Shown: positions 29,323 through 39,168 of the stretch, piece by piece
How positions within the stretch are numbered: position 1 is the first letter of the stretch
Layout: each line of letters opens with the position of its first letter
NCBI GenBank assembly: GCA_030615855.1
Contig: JAUWYL010000001.1
Span: forward strand, 203,008-252,441
DNA length: 49,434 bases
From: a bacterium
Lineage (GTDB): Bacteria; UBP18; UBA7526
Direction: 5' to 3'
The notes under the pieces: generated by a model
The model's input: the letters and a program-made list of their open reading frames with translations, nothing else
The model's database searches: none
Told to the model about the DNA's origin: nothing
Translations under genes and position numbers: made by a program

Positions 29323-30494
29323 GTATCCCGATCTTAATGTATCATCATGTAAACCCCGTTAGAAGTCCTCGTTGCAAACGAGGCATCCGTCCCCTTCGGG
29401 GTCGGATTACTTCTAACGGGGTAAATGAACTCCCAGATAGTTTTACTATTTCTCCAGATGATTTCCAGAGTCAAATGGAGTACTTAGCAAAAAAAAATTA
29501 CCAGACCCTCTTTCTGGATGAGTTAATTAATTCTTTAAAAGAGAGAAAAGAGAAGAGAAAGGTAGCCCTTACCTTTGATGATGGTTATCTTGATAACTGG
29601 GTCTATGCCTACCCCATCCTGAAGAAGTATAATCTAAGAGCAACCGTCTTTGTCATTACCTCTCGCATTAAAGAGAAGCCTATCTCCTATCGCCCTAACT
29701 TAGAAAATCTCTGGAAGAGGAAAGTTAAGAAAGAAGGGCTTCCCAGGATTTCTAATCACTATCAGAGTAATCTAAGATGTGTCAGGAATCTTGAAGGTTC
29801 AGATGATCATATTACCTGGGAAGAAGCGAAGAAGATGTCTCGAAGCGGTCTGATAGATATCCAGTCCCACAGTTATTTACACAGCTACTGTTATGTAAGT
29901 GATAAGATAGTCGATTATTATCGAGGACATAAGTGGCGCACGGGCTGGCTTACAGATGGAGATACAAGATTAGGCATCCCGATATATGAGGATAAGCCAG
30001 CCCTTGCTGGGCAAAGATATTTTGATGATCAGGACTTAAGAAATAGACTGGCAGAATACGTTTCCCAAAGAGGGGAAGGAAAATTCTTTGAAAAGGAGGA
30101 TTGGAAGAAGGAATTGGATGGGATAGTAGATGATTATCGGGTGCAAAATGAACTAAAAGATAATTATGAAACTTTAAAAGAGAGAGGGAAGCGAGTCAAA
30201 AGCGAGTTATTACTATCTAAAAATATTGTCGAAGAAAAACTAAATAAAGAATGTAACTTCATCGCCTGGCCAGGAGGGGCATACGATAGTTATTTAGTTA
30301 AGTGGGCTAGGGAGTGTGGCTATCAAGGAGCAGTAACTACCCAGCCAGGAGCGAATACTTCTAATACCAACCCTATGTATCTCAAGAGGTTTGAGATTAA
30401 GAGAAGGGATCTTGGCTGGTTTAAGAAAAGGCTTTTCATTTACTCCCATAATTTCACGGCCCGATTTTACCCCAAGATAAAGGGGTTATTTTAA
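29319..30494 (+). CDS. Polysaccharide deacetylase (CE4) carrying a 24-aa in-frame insertion
   Basis: IPILMYHHV, LTFDDGYLDN, IQSHSYLH, AWPGG motifs. Confidence 0.9.
   Translation: MSIPILMYHHVNPVRSPRCKRGIRPLRGRITSNGVNELPDSFTISPDDFQSQMEYLAKKNYQTLFLDELINSLKERKEKRKVALTFDDGYLDNWVYAYPILKKYNLRATVFVITSRIKEKPISYRPNLENLWKRKVKKEGLPRISNHYQSNLRCVRNLEGSDDHITWEEAKKMSRSGLIDIQSHSYLHSYCYVSDKIVDYYRGHKWRTGWLTDGDTRLGIPIYEDKPALAGQRYFDDQDLRNRLAEYVSQRGEGKFFEKEDWKKELDGIVDDYRVQNELKDNYETLKERGKRVKSELLLSKNIVEEKLNKECNFIAWPGGAYDSYLVKWARECGYQGAVTTQPGANTSNTNPMYLKRFEIKRRDLGWFKKRLFIYSHNFTARFYPKIKGLF
29354..29421. mobile_element. Miniature TIR element, copy inserted in frame in the deacetylase
   Basis: ccccgttagaagt ... acttctaacgggg perfect 13-bp IR; TAAA direct repeats at 29350-29353 and 29422-29425; 68+4 = 72 nt. 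Confidence 0.9.
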
Positions 30495-30543
30495 AGCGTT
30501 ACAATGTAGGATGAGAGAATTGTTTTTGAAAAGGTGAAAATAA

Positions 30544-31386
30544 ATGAGCCAGCCTGTCTATGTCAAATGTAATCTGTGCCACAGGGATGAGACGCGTCCT
30601 TTAATAAAGGTTGATGGCTTCTCCTGGGTGAGCTGTCAGCATTGTGGTCTAATCTATCTTGATCCCCGCCCGAAGCCGGCGAAAGAATTGAACCCTGCTA
30701 TCGTGGAACCTGGTGCCGATTATTACATCAGAAAGGGATATTCTCGAGACAAGCAGAACTACTATAAAAAATATCTTAAGAAATTCGAAGGATATAGGAA
30801 GACTAATCGTTTACTGGAGATTGGTTGCGCTTCGGGAGGCTTTCTCTATGCTGCCCGGGATTGTGGTTGGCAGGTGAAAGGAATAGAATATTTTGAACCC
30901 ACAGCGCGATATGGCCGGGATCATCATAATTTAGATATTATCACTGGCTCTTTGTTAGAAATAGAGCTGCCCAAAGAACATTTTGACTTAGTCATTATGA
31001 ACATGGTTATTGAGCATCTTGAGGATCCCGTAGGAACACTCTTCAAGATTAACCGGCTTCTGCGACCGAAAGGGGTGGTTTATATTCATACCCCAAACTA
31101 TGACAGCCTCACTCTAAAGCTATTTCCAGCATATCCCAAATTTTTCCCCAAGGGCCACTTCTACTTCTTTACCGTAAGAACCCTTAAAAAAGCATTAAAA
31201 AAGACTGGATTTCAGATAGTCTGGAAGAAGACCCGGGGGTTTGAATTTCCCAAGGAAAAGGGCGGGGTTCCTTTCTTAAAGCGACAGTCCTTGAGGTTGC
31301 TAACAGACCTGGTTTCTCCTGTGGTTAATATTCTGGGCAAAGGAGATCGGGTAAGGGTGCTTGCCGAGAAGGGGATAGTTTCTTGA
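30544..31386 (+). CDS. Class I SAM-dependent methyltransferase with N-terminal CxxC pairs
   Basis: CNLC...CQHCGL, LLEIGCASGGF, VIEHLEDP, IHTPNY. Confidence 0.88.
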   Translation: MSQPVYVKCNLCHRDETRPLIKVDGFSWVSCQHCGLIYLDPRPKPAKELNPAIVEPGADYYIRKGYSRDKQNYYKKYLKKFEGYRKTNRLLEIGCASGGFLYAARDCGWQVKGIEYFEPTARYGRDHHNLDIITGSLLEIELPKEHFDLVIMNMVIEHLEDPVGTLFKINRLLRPKGVVYIHTPNYDSLTLKLFPAYPKFFPKGHFYFFTVRTLKKALKKTGFQIVWKKTRGFEFPKEKGGVPFLKRQSLRLLTDLVSPVVNILGKGDRVRVLAEKGIVS

Positions 31387-32501
31387 ATGGTTTGAATATC
31401 CTTCATCTCTATAGCGATGAGAACTGGACCGGCCCAGCAGAATCGGTTTTAAATCTTTTGAAGGAATTAAATAAGAAAGGACATAAAGTCTTTTTTGCCG
31501 GAGTTACAAAAAGAAGAGGAAGATTCCTTCCCAAGATAAAAGAGGCAGGTATCCCAGTAATAGAGAACCTCAACCTCGATAGAAAATCCCATCCCCTAAA
31601 TTACTTTAAGAATTTAATCAATCTAGCCCGAGTTCTGAAGAAGGAAAAAATCGATATCATCCATACTCACTTTCGTTATGACCATATCTTAGCCTCTTTT
31701 ATTAAGAGAAGAGATCTTTTAATACGTACCCTCCACAGGGCAGACCTGGAAAAGGTCAACTTCCAGGAAAGATTTACGCTGCGTTACAAAACAGACTACA
31801 TTATTGCTATTTCAAAAGCGATCAGGGAAAAGATCATCCAGAATTTGGGGATTGAGTCAGAAAGAATAAGTACTATCTATGGGGCGGTGGATAGCAATAA
31901 ATTTAATCCCCAACTTTCGGGAAATAAAATAAGAGAAGAATTCGAAATAGATACGGATGTTCCTACAGTAGGCATGGTCGCCCCCCTACAGCCCTATAGA
32001 AAGCATTTTCATCTTTTAAGAACTATTCCTCAGGTGAGAAAGGAGTTTCCCAAAGTAAAATTTCTTCTCATCGGTAGCATCGGCAGTTATCAGAAAGTCT
32101 TAGAAGAAGAGATCAAAAAATTAGGAATCTCTGATTCTGTCATCTTTGCTGGCTATAGAGATGAGGATTATCCTCAGGTCTTAGCCTCTTTGGATCTAGA
32201 AGTTTTCTTAATTCCAGGTTCCGATGGTTCTTGCCGCGCAGTCTTAGAGGCTCTGGCTATGGCCAAGCCTGTAGTCTCTGCTAAAGTAGGACCTATCACA
32301 GAGATAATGGAAAATGGCAGGGAAGGAACATTAATAGATGATCCAGGTGACACTACTTCTTTAGGGGAAGCGATTATAAGAATCCTTAAGGATAAGGAAT
32401 TAGCAAGAAGAACGGGGGAAGCAGGAAGAAGGCTGATAGGGAGATTCACACCAGAAAATAGAGCTGCTCAAATAGAAAAAATATACTATTCACTAATGTG
32501 A
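31383..32501 (+). CDS. Glycosyltransferase family 4
   Basis: WTGPAE, IIHTH, GSDGSCRAVLEALAMAKPVV. Confidence 0.88.
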   Translation: MNGLNILHLYSDENWTGPAESVLNLLKELNKKGHKVFFAGVTKRRGRFLPKIKEAGIPVIENLNLDRKSHPLNYFKNLINLARVLKKEKIDIIHTHFRYDHILASFIKRRDLLIRTLHRADLEKVNFQERFTLRYKTDYIIAISKAIREKIIQNLGIESERISTIYGAVDSNKFNPQLSGNKIREEFEIDTDVPTVGMVAPLQPYRKHFHLLRTIPQVRKEFPKVKFLLIGSIGSYQKVLEEEIKKLGISDSVIFAGYRDEDYPQVLASLDLEVFLIPGSDGSCRAVLEALAMAKPVVSAKVGPITEIMENGREGTLIDDPGDTTSLGEAIIRILKDKELARRTGEAGRRLIGRFTPENRAAQIEKIYYSLM

Positions 32502-33233
32502 AGGTCCGAAAATCTTTTGGGCAACGATGATCAGTTTTTCGCCCAATAAAACTTCTTTCGAAATTAGGGTTTGATAAAATAACTTTTTTCTCTTGTCTTT
32601 GCTAAAGAAATTATCAATCCAGGTAAATATTCTGATAATCCAAATTAGAGGAAAGAAGAGATAGATTTTGGGCTCAATTTTAGTGGCTAGTATGGTAGTA
32701 ATAGAATATTTATATCTTTCTAGAGCGAGTTCAATTTCTCGAAAGGAGACTGGATTAATAGTAACCTTGGCCCACTCGGCATCGGTAGTGGGCAGTTGAC
32801 TGCGTGGTTTGAAAAAGCGACGATCACCGCGAATAAGAAACCTGAACCGGGACTGAATATTCAGGACGTTGGGCATAGAGATAATAAGCATTCCTTCCTT
32901 TTTGAGAATCCGGGAAAACTCGCGAATTAGGTGATAAAGATTTTCTAAATATTGAATAGATTCCAAACAGATTATATACTGGAAATAGTCGTTCAAATAA
33001 GAAAGTTTTCTATTTAGATCCACCCTCTGGCAGGTAAGATGAGGAACCTGGAAGTTTTCAGGATAGAGGTCGCAGCAGTGAACCTGGAACCCGATTTTAG
33101 ATAAACAGTTAGCAAGTACTCCATTTCCTGCAGGGGCATCTAGAAGTACTCCTGGTTCTTTTTCCTTTAAGAAATTTAGGACTACACGATGCATATACTT
33201 TAATTTCTCTAGATCTGATTTCCGCAATTCCAT
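32493..33233 (-). CDS. Class I SAM-dependent methyltransferase
   Basis: LLDAPAGNG, RILKKEGMLIISMPN; start placed at ATG 33233 behind AAGGAG. Confidence 0.85.
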   Translation of the reverse strand: MELRKSDLEKLKYMHRVVLNFLKEKEPGVLLDAPAGNGVLANCLSKIGFQVHCCDLYPENFQVPHLTCQRVDLNRKLSYLNDYFQYIICLESIQYLENLYHLIREFSRILKKEGMLIISMPNVLNIQSRFRFLIRGDRRFFKPRSQLPTTDAEWAKVTINPVSFREIELALERYKYSITTILATKIEPKIYLFFPLIWIIRIFTWIDNFFSKDKRKKLFYQTLISKEVLLGEKLIIVAQKIFGPSH

Positions 33234-33285
33234 AATTATCTCCTTAAAAAATAGATCAAAATATTTGAACCTAAAATACGAACTC

Positions 33286-33314
33286 ATTATAGCATAAAGA
33301 AAAAAGGAAAACAA
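33286..33314 (-). promoter_or_regulatory. Sigma70-type promoter of the minus-strand methyltransferase
   Basis: Minus strand TTGTTT (33314-33309), 17 bp, TG-c-TATAAT (33294-33286). Confidence 0.6.
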
Positions 33315-33333
33315 TCTTTTGAAAAAAGTAAGC

Positions 33334-34476
33334 ATGAAAGTTGCTTTAGTTCGTCAGAGTTATCATAAATACGGAGGGGCGGAGAGGTATGTAAGTTACC
33401 TGGCAGAGGGGTTCTTGAAAAGAGGCCATAAGGTCCACGTCTTTGCCAGAAAGTGGGATCCCAGTGCCCCAAAAGGGATTATCTTCCATAGGGTTCCTAC
33501 CCTAAAAGGCCCCTCTTTTTTAAAAGCTTTGAGTTTTGCCTCCAATGTGAAAAGATTATTGGAAGGGAAGAAATTTGATATCATTAATAGTTTTGATCGC
33601 ACTCTCTATCAGGATGTTTACCGTGCTGGAGATGGGGTTCATAGAGAGTGGAGGAAGAGACTTTTAGAGATTACTCCTAATCTCCTAATCAGACTCTTGA
33701 TCCTTATCAACCCTTTACATCTAAGCCTCCTTTTCTTAGAAAAAAGAATCTTTCAAGAGAATAATTATAAGAAGATAATTGCCATATCAAAGAAGGGTAA
33801 AGAGGAGATTATAAAGTATTACGGAGTCTGTCCAGAGGATATTATTGTCATCTATAATGGGGTGAATCTGGAGGAGTTTCATCCCAAAAATAAGGCCTTA
33901 TTCAGAGAGGAGATAAGAAAAGAATTTGGTATTTCTGAAGAGGAATTTCTCGTTTTGTTTGTGGGAAGTGGCTATAGGAGGAAGGGGTTGAGATACTTGA
34001 TTGAGGCCGTTTCTCTCCTAAAGGACGAAAAACCATTAAAAGTATTAGTAGTGGCAAAGGGCAAGAAAAGAGCGTACTTAAGATTAGCAAAAAAGCTGGG
34101 AATAAGAAGTAAAATAATCTTTGCTGGGGGAAGAAAAGACTTAAGAAAGTTCTATGCAGCAAGTGATCTTTTCGTTCTTCCCACTATCTATGAACCATTT
34201 GGCAATGTCTGTCTGGAGACCCTGGCCAGTGGGCTTCCCATTATTGTGAGTAAAGCGAGCGGAGCAGCAGAGATTATTACAGAAGGAGAGAACGGGCTCC
34301 TCCTAAAGAATCCCAGAGATCCCCAAGAACTAGCTAAAAAGATTAAACAAACTTTTGATAATAATTTTAGAGAAGAATTAAGTAAAAACGCCCGGATTTT
34401 AGCTGAGAATTTTACCGTGGATAAGAATGTAGAAAGGACATTAAAAGTCTACCAGGAAGTGATCGGTGAACAGTAA
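33334..34476 (+). CDS. Glycosyltransferase family 4 (WaaG/WabG-like)
   Basis: GGAERY, YRAGDGVH, GSGYRRKG, PTIYEPFGNVCLETLASG; start at ATG 33334. Confidence 0.9.
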   Translation: MKVALVRQSYHKYGGAERYVSYLAEGFLKRGHKVHVFARKWDPSAPKGIIFHRVPTLKGPSFLKALSFASNVKRLLEGKKFDIINSFDRTLYQDVYRAGDGVHREWRKRLLEITPNLLIRLLILINPLHLSLLFLEKRIFQENNYKKIIAISKKGKEEIIKYYGVCPEDIIVIYNGVNLEEFHPKNKALFREEIRKEFGISEEEFLVLFVGSGYRRKGLRYLIEAVSLLKDEKPLKVLVVAKGKKRAYLRLAKKLGIRSKIIFAGGRKDLRKFYAASDLFVLPTIYEPFGNVCLETLASGLPIIVSKASGAAEIITEGENGLLLKNPRDPQELAKKIKQTFDNNFREELSKNARILAENFTVDKNVERTLKVYQEVIGEQ

Positions 34477-34612
34477 TCGGTGAACGGTGATCGGTGAACG
34501 GTGATCGGTGAATAGAATAGCTATCAAGCAATTAAGCCATTAAGAATAAGGATCAAGCATTCAGTATCTGTGATCTGTGTTAATCTGTAATAAATCTGTG
34601 CGAATCTGTGTC
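34459..34612 (+). repeat. Composite repeat: 8 GTGAWCN heptamers, ATYAAGCA octamers, AATCTGTG units
   Basis: gtgatcg gtgaaca gtaatcg gtgaacg gtgatcg gtgaacg gtgatcg gtgaata (34459-34514), then atcaagca attaagcc attaagaa and atctgtg repeats. Confidence 0.85.
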
Positions 34613-34625
34613 TAAGGAGAGAAGC

Positions 34626-35750
34626 GTGGAAGTAATCTATGCCGTGGCCGCTCCCTTAGCAAAAGGGGGGATCGGAAGTCTCGCCTATCAGGCAATTAAA
34701 GCAATCGATAAACATGGTTATTTGAAAAGCGTGATTACTATTGGTAAAAGTAGAAAAGTAGACTTGAATCCCCATAAAATAGTAAGCATCTTCTATCCCA
34801 AGAGGATAAGGCTTCCCTATCTCGATGCCAAAAGGTGGTATTATCTGAGGAATCTATACTTCGATCGCCGAGTTAGAAATCTTTTGAAAGAAGGGTGTGA
34901 CATCTTCCATGGCTGGAATAGCCAGTGCCTTTTCTCATTAAAAGAAGCGAAGAGGAGGGGAATAGTAACCGTTGTTGAGAGGTCTTCTTCTCACATTTTG
35001 ACCCAGATGGAATTAATCAAAGAGGAATACGAGACCTATAGTATTAGGTTGAAGCCAGAGTTGAATGTAGTAATTGAACGCTGCCTAGAAGAGTATGAGG
35101 TAGCAGACTATATAAGCGTCCCTTCCCGGTTTGTCTATGATAGTTTCTTAAAGAAAGGTTTTGATAGAAAGAAATTGATCCTCATTCCCTTGGGAATAGA
35201 CATCGAGAAGTATCGGCCGGGAGAAAAAAAGGACAAAATCTTTCGGGTTTTATTTATGGGACAAATCTCCCTACGCAAGGGAGCACAGTATCTCCTGAAG
35301 GCTTTTTCAGAACTTAAATTAAAGAATAGTGAACTCCTCTTAGTGGGAGGAATAGGAAAGGACTTTAAGAAGATTTTTGAGGAATACCGAAAGAAAATAG
35401 CATTAAAACATATCCCCTGGAGCAATGACTTAGGAAGTATCTGCCGTCAATCTTCTCTCTTTGTCTTCCCTTCCATTGAGGAAGGTTCTGCTTTAGTCAA
35501 CTATATTGCCATGGCCTGTGGCCTATCAGTTATCACCACCTTTAATTCGGGCTCTCCAGTAAGAGATGGTGAGGATGGCTTTCTTGTCCCCATAAGGGAT
35601 GTTGAAGCATTGAAAAAAAAGATATTATATTTCTATGAAAAGCCCCAAGAAATCAAGGCCATGGGCACAAATGCCAGAGAAGAAGTAGAGAAGTATACTT
35701 GGGAAAGGTATGGAGAGCAACTAAACAGGATCTATGAAAGGACAGTCTGA
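34626..35750 (+). CDS. Glycosyltransferase family 4
   Basis: GQISLRKG, FPSIEEGSALVNYIAMACG; GTG 34626 follows AAGGAG. Confidence 0.88.
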   Translation: MEVIYAVAAPLAKGGIGSLAYQAIKAIDKHGYLKSVITIGKSRKVDLNPHKIVSIFYPKRIRLPYLDAKRWYYLRNLYFDRRVRNLLKEGCDIFHGWNSQCLFSLKEAKRRGIVTVVERSSSHILTQMELIKEEYETYSIRLKPELNVVIERCLEEYEVADYISVPSRFVYDSFLKKGFDRKKLILIPLGIDIEKYRPGEKKDKIFRVLFMGQISLRKGAQYLLKAFSELKLKNSELLLVGGIGKDFKKIFEEYRKKIALKHIPWSNDLGSICRQSSLFVFPSIEEGSALVNYIAMACGLSVITTFNSGSPVRDGEDGFLVPIRDVEALKKKILYFYEKPQEIKAMGTNAREEVEKYTWERYGEQLNRIYERTV

Positions 35751-35751
35751 G

Positions 35752-36945
35752 ATGGAGAAGTTGGCTCTTTTGGGAGGAAAACCAGCAAGAGATAAGTTTT
35801 TGGTCTTTGGGGCACCAGATATAAGGGAAGCAGAGATAAAAGAGGTAGTTGCTACTTTAAAATCCGGCTGGCTCTCTACTGGCCCCAGGGTGGCAAGATT
35901 CGAAGAAGATTTCAAAAGTTATATCGGATGTAAACACGCCATCGCCCTAAACTCCTGTACTGCAGGATTACACCTTGCTTTGGAGATCGCTGGAATTGAG
36001 ACGGGAGATGAAGTAATTACTACTCCTCTAACCTTTACCTCAACAGCCAATGTCATTATTCATAAAGGCGCTACTCCTATCTTTGCTGATGTAGAAAGGG
36101 AAACGGGAAACATTGATCCTAAGGAAATAAAGAGAAAGATTACCAAGAAGACCAAGGCTATTATCCCCGTTCATTTATATGGGAGACCATGCAGGATGGA
36201 TGAAATTATGAAAATTGCAAAAGAAAATAGTCTCTTTGTCATTGAAGATGCTGCCCATGCCGTGGAGGTTTACTATAGAAATAAGAAGATTGGAAATATC
36301 GGAGATCTCACGGCTTTCAGTTTCTACGCTACAAAGAACGTGGTTACTGGCGAAGGAGGAATGATCACTACCAATAATGATGAATGGGCAAGAAGATTAA
36401 GAGTCTTAAGGCTCCATGGTCTCTCAAAGGATGCCTGGAAGAGATACTCTGCCGAAGGCTTTACTCCTTATGACATCCTTTATCCCGGCTATAAATATAA
36501 TATGATGGATATTCAGGCAGCCTTAGGTATTTATCAATTGAAAAGAGTGGAAAAGAATCTGAAGATTAGGGAGAAATATTTCAGAATGTATAATCAGGCT
36601 TTCACAGAGATTCCAGAGATAGAAACTCCGAGCGAGGAAGAGCATATCCGTCACGCCCGCCATCTCTATACTATTCTATTAAGATTGGAAAGATTAAATT
36701 GTGGTCGAAATCAATTTGCGGTCGCGCTACAAGCAGAGAACATTGGTATTGGCATTCACTTCTTGGCCTTGCATCTTTCTTCCTATTATAAGAAGAGATT
36801 CGGGTTCAAAAGGGGAGACTTCCCCAATGCAGAATATATCTCAGATAGAACGATATCCTTACCCCTTTCTACCAAGTTGACTGAAGAGGATATTAATGAT
36901 GTTATAGAAGCAGTGAGGAAAGTGATCAGGTATTACAAAAGATGA
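35752..36945 (+). CDS. DegT/DnrJ/EryC1/StrS PLP-dependent sugar aminotransferase
   Basis: NSCTAGLHLAL, PVHLYG, IEDAAHA, FSFYATKNVVTGEGG, GYKYNM; ORF-track start 35734 also possible. Confidence 0.94.
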   Translation: MEKLALLGGKPARDKFLVFGAPDIREAEIKEVVATLKSGWLSTGPRVARFEEDFKSYIGCKHAIALNSCTAGLHLALEIAGIETGDEVITTPLTFTSTANVIIHKGATPIFADVERETGNIDPKEIKRKITKKTKAIIPVHLYGRPCRMDEIMKIAKENSLFVIEDAAHAVEVYYRNKKIGNIGDLTAFSFYATKNVVTGEGGMITTNNDEWARRLRVLRLHGLSKDAWKRYSAEGFTPYDILYPGYKYNMMDIQAALGIYQLKRVEKNLKIREKYFRMYNQAFTEIPEIETPSEEEHIRHARHLYTILLRLERLNCGRNQFAVALQAENIGIGIHFLALHLSSYYKKRFGFKRGDFPNAEYISDRTISLPLSTKLTEEDINDVIEAVRKVIRYYKR

Positions 36946-38039
36946 GGATATTGTTAGCTACAAACGACTTTCCACCGAAGGTGGGGGGAATTCAAACCTA
37001 TTGCTATGAGTTGGCGAAGAACCTTACTTCTTTAGGGGAGGAAATAGTTGTTTTAGCGCCTGGGACAGAAGGGGACTTAGAATTTGATAAAAGGCAGAAC
37101 TTTAAGATAATAAGAATCAAAAATAAAATAAGTCTATATTTTACTTTTTTCTTCATTCTTAAAAGAGAAAAGATAGAAAGGATCCTGGTTGGCCATCGGG
37201 CAAACTATGCCCGCTTGGCTTTCTGGACTAATCTTCTTTTTAATACCCCCTATGATATCGTTGTTTATGGGGGAGAGATCTTTCTTCCTGAAAGCAGAAA
37301 AAGTATTCAAAAAAATTTTAAAAGGGCTCATAAAGTAATTGCCTTTAGCCATTTTACTAAGAAAAAATTAGCTGAGATTGGTGTTTCAGAAAATAAGATT
37401 GTGGTCGTTTATCCTGGGGTGGATGCTATAAGATTTAATCCGGCGATAGACCCCTCTCCCATTAGAAGGAAATACCGATTAGAAGGCAAGAAGGTTATTC
37501 TGACCGCTGCTCGTTTGGTCAGGCACAAGGGTCACCAGAATGTTCTCAAGGCACTCCCTCAGGTTCTGAAGGAGGTGCCCAACCTTGTTTATCTCATTAT
37601 TGGCAAAGGAGAAGAGAAAGGGGTACTAAAGGAAATGGTAAAGGATTTAAAATTGGAAGAAATAGTGGTCTTTGCGGGAGAGATAGTGGAGGAACTTCCC
37701 TTATATTATGCTGCCTGTAACCTTTTCATTATGCCCAGTTACCAGATCAAAGATAGAGGTGATGTGGAAGGTTTTGGCATTGTCTATTTGGAGGCCAACG
37801 CCTGTGGAAGACCAGTTATCGGGGGAAGGAGCGGAGGAGTTACTGATGCTGTCATCGATGAAGAAACCGGCCTCTTGGTAGACCCTTTGAACATCGATCA
37901 GATTGCCGAGGCCTTAGTTAAATTGCTCACTAATCCAGAACTTGCCCGAAGACTTGGAGAAAAAGGAAGAGAACGAGTGGAGAGAGAATTTAGTTGGGGA
38001 AGAATAGCCCAGAAGATTAGAGAAATAATTAGAAGTTAA
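36942..38039 (+). CDS. Glycosyltransferase family 4 (PimB-like), paralog A1
   Basis: TNDFPPKVGGIQTY, RHKG, VEGFGIVYLEANACG. Confidence 0.92.
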   Translation: MRILLATNDFPPKVGGIQTYCYELAKNLTSLGEEIVVLAPGTEGDLEFDKRQNFKIIRIKNKISLYFTFFFILKREKIERILVGHRANYARLAFWTNLLFNTPYDIVVYGGEIFLPESRKSIQKNFKRAHKVIAFSHFTKKKLAEIGVSENKIVVVYPGVDAIRFNPAIDPSPIRRKYRLEGKKVILTAARLVRHKGHQNVLKALPQVLKEVPNLVYLIIGKGEEKGVLKEMVKDLKLEEIVVFAGEIVEELPLYYAACNLFIMPSYQIKDRGDVEGFGIVYLEANACGRPVIGGRSGGVTDAVIDEETGLLVDPLNIDQIAEALVKLLTNPELARRLGEKGRERVEREFSWGRIAQKIREIIRS

Positions 38040-38048
38040 GGAAGGCAG

Positions 38049-39167
38049 ATGAGTAGATATAATTTTAGCGAAGAGTTAAAGAATTTAAAAATTGGGATTA
38101 TTCGCCGTAGTCCACCGGATTCTACTGGTGAGACCTTTTCTTCTGAACTTTTTTTTCACCTGAAAGATAGATTAGATGTTGAGCAGGTAATATGTGGCTG
38201 GGATAGGCGATGTCGGGAGATTGATCGAAAGAGGCCAGCGAGCATAGTAATAACTTACCGTAATAAACGCCTGAGAGATAGACAACTGCTTTCCCAAATG
38301 CCCCACTATGACCTTTACCATTTCCACTTTCCAGTCTTCGCTTCCCTAATTAAATATAGAAGGCCGGCCATTGTTACGGTGCACGATCTCATTCCCCTTC
38401 GCTTTCCTCATCTCTATTCTCGTACCCGACGGAAATTAACTAAAAAGAGACTTATCTATTCCAGTAGGGCCGATTGCATCATTGCTGTTTCTCAGTCTAC
38501 TAAGGAGGACTTAGTCCAATTGTTGAATATTAATCCAGAAAAGATCACTGTTATTTATCATGGGGTCAATCATAAAATATACCAGCCGAGAGCCAAAGAC
38601 CAGGCAAGAAAGGCCTTGGGTTTATCCCAAGAGAAAAGAATTCTTCTAAATATGGGTACAGAAAGTTTGAATAAGAATATAGAAAGATTAATTCGGGCAT
38701 TTTATCGTTTAACGAAGAGATTTACAGATCTAATACTTATTCGGGTAGGGTCAACTTCAGAATCGGTGACTCACTTGATAAATGAACTAAAGATAGGCGA
38801 TAAGGTATTAAGGAAAGGATTTATAGAAAGACACTTTAATCTCTATTATAACGCAGCCGATCTATACATCTGTCCTGAGATATTGGGAGGATTCGGCCTA
38901 CCCAACTTAGAGGCCATGGCCAGTGGTTGTCCGGTAATTTCCTCAGATGCCGGGTCTTTCCCGGAAGTAGCAAGAGATGCGGGACTATTCTTTAATCCCT
39001 GGGATGAAGAGGATATCTTTGAAAAGACCGCCCTCCTGTTAGAGAATAGTAAGTTGCGGGGAGAATACGCACAAAAAGGCCTGAAGCGAGCAAAACTATT
39101 CAGTTGGAAGAAAGCGGCTGAGGAAACTATAAAGGTCTATGCCCAAGTAGTCAGAGAATATTATTAA
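38049..39167 (+). CDS. Glycosyltransferase family 4, paralog B1
   Basis: TVHDLIP, AVSQSTKEDL, KNIERL, GFGLPNLEAMASG. Confidence 0.9.
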   Translation: MSRYNFSEELKNLKIGIIRRSPPDSTGETFSSELFFHLKDRLDVEQVICGWDRRCREIDRKRPASIVITYRNKRLRDRQLLSQMPHYDLYHFHFPVFASLIKYRRPAIVTVHDLIPLRFPHLYSRTRRKLTKKRLIYSSRADCIIAVSQSTKEDLVQLLNINPEKITVIYHGVNHKIYQPRAKDQARKALGLSQEKRILLNMGTESLNKNIERLIRAFYRLTKRFTDLILIRVGSTSESVTHLINELKIGDKVLRKGFIERHFNLYYNAADLYICPEILGGFGLPNLEAMASGCPVISSDAGSFPEVARDAGLFFNPWDEEDIFEKTALLLENSKLRGEYAQKGLKRAKLFSWKKAAEETIKVYAQVVREYY

Positions 39168-39168
39168 G

